From Macrostomum lignano (taxonomy: Eukaryota): 64,000 nucleotides of DNA. The stretch spans positions 62,001 through 126,000 of the forward strand of contig NIVC01002188.1 in the NCBI GenBank assembly GCA_002269645.1. Direction: 5' to 3'. The stretch's first letter is position 1. Each line of letters opens with the position of its first letter. The notes under the pieces are model-generated. The model was not told the DNA's origin, searched no databases, and saw only the letters and a list, made by a program, of their open reading frames with translations. The translations under genes were made by a program, and so were the position numbers. Shown here piece by piece: positions 41,505 to 58,700 of this stretch.

Positions 41505-42170
41505 AGCTCACCAACAACATTGTCAGCTCACCAACAACATACTAACAACATTGTCAGCTCACTAACAACATTTTCAGCTCACCAACAACATACTAACAAC
41601 ATTGTCAGCTCACCAACAACATTGTCAGCTCACCAACAACATACTAACAACATTGTCAGCTCACTAACAACATTGTCAGCTCACCAACAACATACTAACA
41701 ACAATGTCAGCTCACTGACAACAATTTCAGCTCACTAACAACATTGTCAGCTCACTAACAACATTGTCAGCTCACCAACAACATTGTCAGCCCACTAACA
41801 ACATTGTCAGCTCACTAACAACATTGTCAGCTCACCAACAACATTGTCAGCTCACTAACAACATTGTCAGCTCACTAACAACATTGTCAGCTCACTAACG
41901 ACATTGTCAGCTCACTAACAACATTGTCAGCTCACTAACAACATTGTCAAATCACTAACAACATTGTCAGCTCACTAACAACATTGTCAGCCCACTAACA
42001 ACATTGTCAGCTCACCAACAACATTGTCAGCCCACTAACAACATTGTCAGCTCACTAACAACATTGTCAGCTCACTAACGACATTGTCAGCTCACTAACA
42101 ACATTGTCAGCTCACTAACAACATTGTCAAATCACTAACAACATTGTCAGCTCACTAACAACATTGTCAT
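41505..42170. repeat. Minisatellite, 20-bp unit (CAGCTCACTAACAACATTGT)
   Basis: About 30 copies; a longer composite unit occurs in the first 200 bp. Confidence 0.95.
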
Positions 42171-42769
42171 TTCGTCAAAAAGGTGTTAAAAAACCCATTT
42201 CTGTTCCAGTGTTTGATTACATGAATCCTCTAGAATTTCAGTGCAATTCCAATCAACCTAATTAGCGCGGTTTTCCTAGAAACTTTCCTAGAAACACCGG
42301 AGACACCGATCACGCAATCACGCATTTGGGTGCAGCATTTTACGCTCGTACCTGCTGGAGAATTAGCACTACTATGTTAATATTTAATGAGCTCACTAAT
42401 TGAAATGATATAAGGTTTAAAAGGCTGAGATTATAAAACTGTATCGCTGATATAATAGAACTTTATTTAATATTAACAACTGGTTGAGCAGTTGGTCTTC
42501 GGTTCGATAAAATTCTAGAAAACAGACTTCGACCCGGCTGGAGAATTCGAAGTTGTCTGATAGGACATGAAAAAGGATTTGATGAGAAAATACGCGTTTC
42601 ATGTTTTTGTGGGTAGGTCCTGCAGAGAAAACAATGGAAATCCATTTGAGGCTGGCTTGAAGCAATATTTGCCAACATTTTGCTTGCAAATTTGAAGCGT
42701 TTGAGTTTGCTCGCTGAAAATGGCTTGTCAGTGTCCAAAGTGGTGGCATATTTTAACTCTTAAAGTGCC

Positions 42770-43360
42770 ATTTGTATGACTCAAAACTGGCTCGTTTATT
42801 GTAGTTCTAATGTACCATTTTGTAGTTCTTATGTGTCATTTTGTATTTCTAATGTGCCATTTTGTAGTTGAATGTGTCATTGTGTTTTTTGAATGTGCCA
42901 TTTTGTAATTCTAAAGTGCTCTTTTGCAGTTTTTTGCCATTTTTAGTTTTCTAAAGTTATTTTGTGCCATTTTGTAGTTATTTTGTGCCATTTTGTAGTT
43001 ATTTTGTGCCATTTTGTAGTTATTTTGTGCCATTTTGTAGTTATTTTGTGCCATTTTGTAGTTATTTTGTGCCATTTTGTAGTTATTTTGTGCCATTTTG
43101 TAGTTATTTTGTGCCATTTTGTAGTTATTTTGTGCCATTTTGTAGTTATTTTGTGCCATTTTGTAGTTAATTTTGTGCCATTTTGTAGTTATTTTGTGCC
43201 ATTTTGTAGTTATTGTGTGCCATTTTGTAGTTATTTTGTGCCATTTTGTAGTTATTTTGTGCCATTTTGTAGTTATTTTGTGCCATTTTGTAGTTATTTT
43301 GTGCCATTTTGTAGTTATTTTGTGCCATTTTGTAGTTATTTTTTGCCATTTTTGTTGTTC
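42770..43360. repeat. Minisatellite, 21-bp unit (GTTATTTTGTGCCATTTTGTA)
   Basis: Homogeneous core 42955-43345; source of the MAQNNYK ORFs. Confidence 0.95.
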
Positions 43361-43967
43361 AAATGTGCCATTTTCAAGAAAAGAAGCAAGCAGCCAATTT
43401 CAAGCCACAACGCCAGACCAGCTCAGCCAGCAGCCCAGCCGCTAACTGCCTCAGTCCGCTTGCAATGCTTCAATTAGCTAGAAATGTCATTCGCGACTGC
43501 CTCCCCCCTGCCTCAGCAGCAGCAGTAGTTCGTAAATGAAGTTCAGTCCGTATGCAGCAACTTGTTCCTTGCGCTGCTGGGTTGTACGAGTCGTTTCAGT
43601 TTCAAACAGCTCCGACGCCATCTGGTGCAGGAATTTTCAATCAGCGACAGACAGGCGATGTTTTCAATTTTTTCTCCGGACTTGATTTTATTGCCTAGCA
43701 AGGCGCCAGGCAACAGAAGAACTTCATCCGGCTTCGGGGTGAATGAAATTTCATCTTTTCTGCCCCCCTAACCCTTCTGCATAGGGCAACAAGATGCTCA
43801 ACTTCTTTTTTGGGGGGGGGCAGCCCGGGTGCGGAGTGCAGGAATGCCGCCAGTTGTGGGCCGCTTTCTATGAGCTATCCGCCTGGCATGGGCTGAGTTG
43901 CCAGCTCAGGGTGATGAGCTCTGCGCCTTCTGCTGCTGGACTGTCCGTCTGCCGCTCCGCCTCTTCT

Positions 43968-44100
43968 CTCCCTCTCCTCTCCTCTCTCATTTCCCGCTCT
44001 CCTCTCTCCTCTCCTCTCCCTCTCTCCTCTCTCCTCTCCTCTCCCTCTCTCCTCTCTCCTCTCCTCTCCCTCTCTCCTCTCTCCTCTCTTCTCCCTCCTC
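43968..44100. repeat. Polypyrimidine (CT-rich) tract
   Basis: CTCTC/CTCCT run. Confidence 0.9.
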
Positions 44101-44789
44101 TCGACCTTAATATAAAATCGGCATCCCTCACAAGCATCACCCACCTGCTGATTGTACAAGCAGGAAGCCAGTCTCACTCTTCATCATATTCATCTACTGC
44201 CAGAAACTTTCCCACCCGGTCACTTTCACTTACTCACTGCTGCTGCGGCTGCTCTCTGTTGGCATTCGCCTCACGCCTTCCCAATTTCAATCTGACTCTG
44301 TTGCCTCGGGCACTCTGGCTACTCAACTATCAGAGTATGGCTGAGAAGAGGGAGAGGAGAAGAAACTTCGAACTTCGCCTCCTTATACGAACGCACGCGC
44401 GCGGAAACCTTGGGGGCCACTGCCAAGCAGTTCCCCTTCCTCTCACTGCTGCATTATTTCCTTCGATTTCTTATCACACTCGGACAAGCGGGCGGGATAG
44501 CCACACCGGTATAGTACAGGATGTGCCTGCCTGCCTGCCTGACAGCTGTTCCCCTCACAATTGCGACTTTATTCATTTTATCGACCGCAGAAAAGACAGG
44601 GCGAAGAGCTGAGCAACAGAAATATTAAGAAGCGGGCGCGCCGTTATATTCCAATAACTGCGGAACTGGGGAGTGGAGAGAAATGAAACAGAGAGATCCA
44701 TGAGATTCTTAGAGAGGGTGTTTTCCGGCATTTTTTTCATATTTTAAAACAAAACTACGAGCGTACAACTTTACTTTTCAAAGCTCATT

Positions 44790-45668
44790 CTGACTATCCC
44801 TCTTCTATCCCATCTCCTTCTTCCTCCCCCTGCCTCTCCTCTTCCTCCCTCTCCCACTCCTCTTCCTCCCTCTCCCACTCCTCTTCCTCCCTCTCTCTCT
44901 CCTCTTCCTCCCTCTCCCTCTCCTCTTCCTCCCTCTCCTCTTCCTCCCTCTCCCACTCCTCTTTCTCCCTCTCCCACTCCTCTTCCTCCCTCTCCCACTC
45001 CTCTTCCTCCCTCTCCCTCTCCTCTTCCTCCCTCTCCCTCTCCTCTTCCTCCCTCTCCCTCTCCTCTTCCTCCCTCTCCTCTTCCTCCCTCTCCCTCTCC
45101 TCTTCCTCCCTCTCCCTCTCCTCTTCCTCCCTCTCCCTCTCCTCTTCCTCCCTCTCCCTCTCCTCTTCCTACCTCTCCCTCTCCTCTTCCTCCCTCTCCC
45201 TCTCCTCTTCCTCCCTCTCCCTCTCCTCTTCCTCCCTCTCCCTCTCCTCTTCCTACCTCTCCCTCTCCTCTTCCTCCCTCTCCCTCTCCTCTTCCTCCCT
45301 CTCCTCTTCCTCCCTCTCCCTCTCCTCTTCCTCCCTCTCCCTCTCCTCTTCCTCCCTCTCCCTCTCCTCTTCCTCCCTCTCCCTCTCCTCTTCCTCCCTC
45401 TCCCTCTCCTCTTCCTCTCTCTCCCTCTCCTCTTCCTCCCTCTCCCTCTCCTCTTTCTCCCTCTCCCTCTCCTCTTCCTCCCTCTCCCTCTCCTCTTCCT
45501 CCCTCTCCCTCTCCTCTTCCTCCCTCTCCCTCTCCTCTTCCTCCCTCTCCCTCTCCTCTTCCTCCCTCTCCCTCTCCTCTTCCTCTCTCTCCCTCTCCTC
45601 TTCCTCCCTCTCCCTCTCCTCTTCCTCTCCTCTTCCTCCCTCTCCCCCCTTCCTCTCTCACTCCTCTC
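44790..45668. repeat. Pure polypyrimidine minisatellite, 21-bp unit (CTCTCCTCTTCCTCCCTCTCC)
   Basis: About 880 bp, almost without purines on the + strand. Confidence 0.95.
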
Positions 45669-46059
45669 CGGAACTCTATTTGGCTAACCTCTCCTACAAA
45701 CTGAATCCAATCGATACAATACCCAAGCTAAAATGTTTTCAGTTTTCTCCGGCAGCCTCTGCGGCAGACTTTCAGCGGATCAGAGGGAGCTGATGAGAAG
45801 GCAGCTGGTTCGTTTCCAGCAGAGTGAGCAGCGCTCAATACATGCATAGCCAGCCCCACCGATACCTGCCCCTACTCGCCTATCTGGAAACGACTGCCGC
45901 TCACCGCATAATCACTGATTTGGGGGCGAAGCGCTGGGCACCCCAAACATGTATCATACTATAATGGAAATCGATCTGGTTTGAGCATGCCAGCCGGGAT
46001 GAACCAGCAATTCATTTTGTTCAACTCCTGCAATTGCTCCTAAGCTCCAATGTTCACTG

Positions 46060-46713
46060 TCCACAACTGTCCTATCCCATTCTGATCTCTCATCTCTATC
46101 CCGTCTATTTCCTATTTTTACCCCTGTTTCTATCCCACATCTATCTCATCACTATCCCAGACTCAATCCCATCTTTATCTTATCTCTATCCCATCTCTAT
46201 CCTATTTTTATCTCAGTCTCTATCCCATCTCTATCCCACATCTATCCCACATCTATCCCATTCCTATTCCACATCTATCCCACATTCTATCCCACATCTA
46301 TCCCATTCCTATTCCACATCTATCCCACATCTATCCCATCTCTATCCAAGTCTATATCCCATCTCTACCCCATCTCTACCCCATTTCCATCTCATCAATA
46401 CTCTACATGTATCTCTACCCCATCTCTACCCTATCTCCGTCCCATCAATACCGGCCATCTCTACCCCATCTCCATCCCATCAATACCCCATCTCTATCCC
46501 ATCTATATCCCATTTCTACCCCATCTCCGTCCCAACTCTATCCCATCTCTACCCCATCTCTACCCCATCTCTACCCTATCTCCGTCCCATCAATATCCCA
46601 TCTCTACCCCATCTCCATCCCATCTCTACCCCATCTCTACCCCATCTCCGTCCCAACTCTACCCCATCTCCGTCCCAACTCTATCCCATCTCTACCCCAT
46701 CTCTACCCCATCT
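46060..46713. repeat. CCATCTCTAY-rich degenerate repeat, left part (resumes at 52094-52275 after the LINE)
   Basis: The same CCCATCTCTACC / CCGTCCCAACTCTA motifs lie on both sides of the LINE. Confidence 0.88.
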
Positions 46714-52093
<5,380 letters not shown>

Positions 52094-52819
52094 TACCCCA
52101 TCTCCGTCCCAACTCTACCCCATCTCCATCCCAACTCTATCCCATCTCTACCCCATCTCTACCCCATCTCCGTCCCAACTCTATCCCATCTCTACCCCAT
52201 CTCAATCTCATCTGTATCCCAACTCTATCCAGTCTCTATTCAAGTCTATATCCTATCTGTATTCCATCTCTATCCGTCCTGAGCTATTTCCGCACGCGGC
52301 CAGCCGCCAGGCTCATCCTGACAATTATCTCCGCACTAAAAAAAGACTCATATTCGATGACCAAAACGCAGCGCTACTCAAAGAACACGCGGGAGCATCA
52401 GGAAATTCCCTCGTGGACCCGAAACTCGTCACTCCAACAAGGCAGCTGAATACTCCTTCGGGTACTCCAGTCTCAACTGGCGGCTTTCGTTTGATGTTTG
52501 AGGCAGGAGCGCCTGCGGGCGGCTTAAGGGAGCAGAGCGAATGAGTTGGGAAAATATTGATGCTCAGGGACTGGCATGCCAGCTCGAGAGGTCAAACAGC
52601 TGGATTGAAGTTCGACTTTTCTTTACTAGGGGTGACCGTTTAAAGTGCGAACAGACAGAGAAAGTCAACAAAACCTCCAAGGTAAACAGCTGCGCGTGTG
52701 TAACAGGTTGAGGATTTTTTAGCAAAAGACCAATTTGAGTAATGAGCTGAACCTGCCGTGAACTTTGCTGAGTTTGAAATATGAAGAAACAGGTTCCAGG
52801 TTAACGACTGAATTCTGGA

Positions 52820-53452
52820 ACAAGATCAAGAATTCTGTACAGGATCCATAGAATATTGTACAAGATTGATCAATCATTCTGTACAGAATCAATGGAATAT
52901 TGTACAAGACTAATCAAGCATTCTGTACAGGATCCATAGAATATTGTACAAGATTGATCAAGCATTCTGTACAGAATCAATGGAATATTGTACAAGACTA
53001 ATCAAGCATTCTGTACAGGATCCATAGAATATTGTACAAGATTGATCAAGCATTCTGTACAGAATCAATGGAATATTGTACAAGATTGATCAAGAATTCT
53101 GTACAGGATTCATGGAATATTGTACAAGATTGATCAAGCATTCTGTACAGGATCAATGGAATATTGTGCAAAATTGATCAAGAATTCTGTACAGAATCAA
53201 TGGAATATTGTGCAAGATTGATCAAGCATTCAGAATCAATGGAATATTGTGCAATATTGATCAAGCATTTTGTACAGGATCCATGGAATATTGTACAAGA
53301 CTAATCAAGCATTCTGTACAGGATCCATGGAATATTGTACAAGATTGATCAAGCATTCTGTACAGAATCAATGGAATATTGTGCAAGATTTATCAAGCAT
53401 TCAGAATCAATGGAATATTGTGCAATATTGATCAAGCATTCTGTACAGGATT
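52820..53452. repeat. Minisatellite, ~44-bp unit (GAATATTGTACAAGATTGATCAAGCATTCTGTACAGRATCMATG)
   Basis: TTCTGTACAG at 52921 and 52965. Confidence 0.93.
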
Positions 53453-53934
53453 CACAAGGCCACATGTATTGCAATAAAGGTAAGAATACAAAATATAAAA
53501 TTGCCCTGAAGCAGAACCAGAAAACACGGCTCACCTTTGCAGGTTTGATGCCTCCGAAGCGATAATTGCTGATTGCTTGCCAGACAATGGCCCCAGATCA
53601 CTCTAGCCAGATAAATATCAAATGGGAGGCATTCGCCCTTCATCATCCACACTCAGTATCATTGGCTGCAGTTGCAGGCCTCCAATAAAAACGCTTGCAT
53701 GATGTCTTGAGCTGATCGACCTAATAAAATAACTTGCTTAAAAACTACTTAATCAAGTAAGTAGTGCGTCTGCAAGTATATTTTACTAACGTTTCAAAAT
53801 TCTTTGCTAACAAGCTTGAATAAACTAGAAGATTCTCAGTTAGTGTTCATGTCAGGGAAAATTCACCTTGGGTTGATATAACCTGGGGAGGATAATTCCC
53901 GGCTATTCAGAAGTTTTTCGTAGAAGTTATCTAG

Positions 53935-54245
53935 GAAAAACTCAATTTTGGTAGCTCTACATTTCTAGGAAAATTCCCTTTTATTAGTTCTACATTTCTA
54001 GGAAAGTTCCCTTTTATTAGTTCTACATTTCTAGGAAAGTTCCCTTTTATTAGTTCTACATTTCTAGGAAAGTTCCCTTTTATTAGTTCTACATTTCTAG
54101 GAAAGTTCCCTTTTATTAGTTCTACATTTCTAGGAAAGTTCCCTTTTATTATTTCTACATTTCTAGGAAAGTTCCCTTTTATTAGTTCTACATTTCTAGG
54201 AAAATTCCCTTTCATTAGTTCTACATTTCTAGGAAAATTCCCTTT
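53935..54245. repeat. Minisatellite, 33-bp unit (TTTCTAGGAAAGTTCCCTTTTATTAGTTCTACA)
   Basis: About 9 copies. Confidence 0.93.
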
Positions 54246-54257
54246 CGGTAATCCTAC

Positions 54258-54649
54258 CAGGCGCATCGCCACCGGGGGGGGACATGTCCCTCCCAGTAAA
54301 AGTAAAATGAGTACCTGCGGCGCTACAATGAGTGCCTGCGGCGCTACAATGAGTGCCTGCGGCGCTACAATGAGTGCCTGCGGCGCTACAATGAGTGCCT
54401 GCGGCGCTAAAATGAGTGCCTGCGGCGCTAAAATGAGTGCCTGTGGCGCTACAATGAGTGCCTGTGGCGCTACAATGAGTGCCTGTGGCGCTACAATGAG
54501 TGCCTGTGGTGCTAAAATGAGTGCCTGCGGCGCTAAAATGAGTGCCTGCGGCGCCGAAATGAGTGCCAAAATTTAGTCATGTACATGTACATTTCGAATT
54601 CTTGGCTTAATTGTCCCCCCCCACCATAAAATCCATGGCGACGCCCCTG
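54258..54649. mobile_element. hAT-like MITE (392 bp) with internal 21-bp minisatellite
   Basis: TIR CAGGCGCATCGCCA / TGGCGACGCCCCTG (12/14). Exact 8-bp TSD AATCCTAC (54250-54257, 54650-54657). About 12 copies of AATGAGTGCCTGCGGCGCTAM at 54305-54570. Confidence 0.88.
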
Positions 54650-55309
54650 AATCCTACTGTGTCCAAGAAAATTTTCCCTCCCAGCCGCACTGCCAGAGCA
54701 AGCTGTGTGCCCAGAAAAATATGCCACTGCCAAGTCCCAAAGCCAAGGCACCAATTCCAATCCCAAGGATTGAGAAAACTCACAGATGGTCTTTGAGAAA
54801 AGTTGCTATTAACAAAAATTTGCTTCGCAATCGATTCCAGTGGCGCACAGACAGACCGCTTGCGCAGGGGGGTGGCAAATTGATGTCGAGCCTGAGCAGC
54901 TGGAAGCCCCGCGGATTAAGCAGCTCCAGACCGACTGAGGCAGCTGTTTGCCCAACACGCTGCTTGGGGAAGAGAGAAAGTGTGCTCATGCTCAAATTCA
55001 TTCAAATTAATTGCAGCAGACTTAGCGGAGCAGGGGCCCCAAGGCCACACGGCAGGTTTGTCCAAGGTAAACAGAAAGCATAAAGAGAGAAATTGGCTGT
55101 GAGATGTTGGGGGAGTACGAAGCTAGGGAGACTAATTAACTGGATTAGATTTGGCGGCATGCGTCTGTGCAGAGCAAGCCAGATCCCCAAGCCAGAGACT
55201 GCATCGGTACAAGTTGTTAGTCGGATGCAATCAGTTTTAACAGTTAATCTTAATAGCAGTTAATACTTTTAACTTGAACTGTACATTTACTACCAGTGTA
55301 CACGCCTCT

Positions 55310-55713
55310 TGGTAGGCACAACCATCTCTTGGTGGTCGCCCCTGGCTCTTGGTGGGCGGCCCTGTCTCTTGGTGGTTGCCACGGTCTCTTGTTGGGTGCC
55401 TCAGGCTCTTGTTGGGCGCCCCTTTCTCTTGCTAGGCGCCCCTGTTTCTTGGTGGGCGGCCCTGTTTCTTGGTGGGCGCCCCTGTCTCTTGGTGGTTGCC
55501 CCGGTCTCTTGTTGGGCGCCCCTTTCTCCTGGTGGGCGGCCCTGTCTTTTGGTGGGCGGCCCTGTCTCTTGGTGGGCGCCCCTGTCTCTTGGTGGTTGCC
55601 CCGGTCTCTTGTTGGGCGCCCCTTTCTCCTGGTGGGCGGCCCTGTCTTTTGGTGGGCGGCCCTGTCTCTTGGTGGGCGCCCCTGTCTCTCGTTAGGCGCC
55701 CCTGGCTCTTGGT
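55310..55713. repeat. GC-rich 20-bp minisatellite (CCTGTCTCTTGGTGGGCGCC), left part (resumes at 60139-60440 after the LINE)
   Basis: The same unit lies on both sides of the Ingi-like element. Confidence 0.92.
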
Positions 55714-58700
55714 TGTTGTTGTTGTTACTCCCGGCCGGTAGGATCCGGGGGGCGTGTCTGCGCCCCTACCGTGCGGAGGAAATCGAGCGCGCGGAGGCCG
55801 TCCGTCGAGAGGACGGCCAGGGACGGGTTTGGCCCAAGGATGCGGGCCCGAAGGTCGTCAAGGGCCCGGCAGTGCAGGAGGACGTGGGCCACGTCTTCGT
55901 CGGCGGCCCCGCAGCGGGGGCAGGTGGCGGCGGTGTCCAGGCCGATCCGGTGCCGATACCAGCGCAGGAGCGGTGAGTGGCCCGTGCGCAGCTGGGCGAG
56001 GGTCACCGCGTCGGCCCGGTTAAGGCGTGGCCGCGGGGCGGCGATGGCGGTTGCCAGACGGTGGGTGGCGCAGTGCGGGTCGGCCACGTTGGCTTCGCGG
56101 TGCGCTCGGCGAGGACCCGGCGGAGGGCGGCCCGTGCAGAACCGAAGCCGATCGGCGTCTCGTCCTGGGGGAGGCCGGCCGCGGTCTTGGCGGTGACGTC
56201 CGCAGCATCGTTCCGCCGGAGGTCGCAGTGGCTGGGGACCCATTGCAGCCAGATGGGGAAGCGGGCGGCGACGTGGGTCAGCAGCGTCCAGATCTCCCGG
56301 CACGCTGGCGAGGAGGACTTGGACGGTCCCTTCTCGAGGGCTCGGAGCAGGGACTGCGAGTCCGTCAGGCAGCGGAGGCCGCTCAGGGAGGCAAGGTCCG
56401 GCCTGGAGGCGGCGTGCTGAAGCCCCAGCCGGAGAGCCGACTCCTCGGCACGGAAGGAGGAAGAGTAACGGCCCGCAGCCTGCGACAGGTGGACTGGCGG
56501 CGCGGTCTTGCTGAAGATGACCGCCCCCGCTCCGCCGTTGAGGGTGCCCCCGGAGGCTGAACTGTCTGTCCAGAGCTCCAGGTCGGCGGGCGGGAGGCTC
56601 GCCAGCGTCTCCAGCGCGGCCAGCTTTCTGACGTGGGGCGCGTCCTCTCGGGAGGTCGCGGTCAGGAGGTCGCAGCGGATGATGACCCGGCTGGTGTCGG
56701 ACCATGGCGGCGGAGGGAGGTTCTCCTGCTCCCGGGGGAGGGGGCCAGGCCGGCGGCGGCGCTCAGGTGCTGCGCCGAGTCGCGCCAGTTCCTGCGGAAG
56801 GCCCCAGGCTCCCCGTGAGCGCGCAAGCGGGGCGTAGAGGTCTTGCCCGCTGCAGCGCGGAGCGGAGTCGGTTGTCGGTGACGGAGGGCTCGCTCGAACA
56901 GGGCTGCGCCTGCCGCCTCCGCTCTGGTCGCCAGGGGCACGAGGTCGGCCTCAGCCAGGAGGGCGCCAATGGCGGTCGAGCGGCAGCAGCCAGTGATGAC
57001 GCGAGCGGCCGATCGATGTGCAATCTCGACTTCTTCCCGGCAGGAGTCGGACGCGAAGGTGAGCCACGTGGAGGCGCCGTGGAGCGCGGCCGCCTCCGCG
57101 TAGGTGCGGTAGAGCTGGGCGAGGCGCTGGCCGTCCTGGCCCCAGTCGCGGCCCGCGAGGCAGCGTAGGACGCCGGTGCGCTGCTGGAGGGCGCGGCGCC
57201 GGAGCTTGGCGTGGTGGCGGAAGGTCAGCTGGGAGTCGAGGTGCACTCCCAGGAGCCTCGGGTGCAGCTCGAACGGAGCTGGCGAGTCGCCGAGGAGGAT
57301 GCGCGGCTGGACCTTTCCGTTGACCTCCCGGGGGTCGAGCGAGAAGAAAGCGACGACCGACTTGGTGCGGCTCAGGTCCACCTTCCAGGTTTGGGACCAG
57401 CGCACGAGCCCGTCGGCCGCCGGTTGCAGGGCCCGCTCACACTCCCGAGGGTGGTCCCTTGCGCGCCGAAGGTGCTGTCGTCGGCGTACGCCAGCGTGAG
57501 GCAGTTCTTGGGGGCGCCGTCCAGGAGGTCGTCCATGTAGATCACCCACAGGATCGGGGCAAGGACCGACCCTTGCGGCAGCCCCTCGGAGAACACGGTT
57601 GGCTTGCAGGCCGCACTAACCCACCGCACGAAGGCCCTCCTGTGGGAGAGAAATCCCTTGAGCCAGCGGATGAGGCAGGTGGGGATCCCCTTCCGACCGA
57701 GCTTGACGATGAGGGCGGCTCTCCAGACGCGGTCGTAGGCTCTGGAGAAGTCTGCAAGGAGCAGGGCGGTGCGGGCTGCCGGCTTCTTGGCCTGGAAACC
57801 GTCAAAAATGTACTGGGCCGCCGCGGCGATGTGCTCCTCCGTGGAGCGGCCCTGACGGAAACCGGCTTGCGACGGGTGGAGGGCGTCATTTGCCTCGAGG
57901 ATGTAGGACAGCCGCTCGTTCACCATCTTCTCGGCGAGCTTGCCCAGGCAGCTGAGGAGGCTGATAGGGCGGAAGCTGGATGTCAGGCCGGCTGGCTTGT
58001 CCGATTTGGGGATCGGGCGGATCTCCGCAAGGCGCCACGGGGCGGGCACCTCCCCCGTCCTCCACGAGAGGTTCAGGAGGTCCAGGAGGCAGCGGAGCCC
58101 CAGGTCGGACAGATGCTTCAGCATGATGTTCGCGACCCCGTCCGGTCCCGGGGCCGAGCGGTCCGGCAGGCGCACCAAGGCGCGGCGGAGGGCGTCGGGC
58201 TGGAAGTCGGAGCAGGGGCCGCTGCGGAGGCCTTGGCAGCTGCAGGGGGCGCGGAGCGTGTGACGGGCTTCTTGGATGACCGGCCGGTCTTCCGTCTTGT
58301 TCTTGGGGAGCCTGCTGACGGCGGCGTACTCCCGGCAGAAAAGCGCGGCCTTCTGTTTGTCGGAGACGGCCGATGCCCCCGTGGAGCCCTGGATGGCAGC
58401 CGACGAGGGGGTGCCCTGGGACCGTCCGTCGAGGGCCCGGATGATCCGCCAGAGGTCGGTGGAGCACAGGTCGTGACCCGTGTCGGTGATGAAATCACGC
58501 CACAGCGACTCCTTGGCGCGGCAGATGGCGTGAGCAGCCGCGGCGGCAGCAGCCTGGTACGCGGCCGAGAGCGCCGGGTCGTCCGGGCTCGCGCGAAGCG
58601 CTTCGAGCGCTGCGCGGCGGGCGGTGCAGGCCGCCTCGGCTTCCGGGCACCACCAGGCGATCGGGGCGCGCCGGCAGCCTCTCGGGATGGCCGCCTTGGC

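Noticed and set aside
54721-55083. ORF containing LKFIQINCSRL, like an APE endonuclease start
   Set aside because: No following QE, GDFN or SDH motifs; at most a tiny LINE relic.
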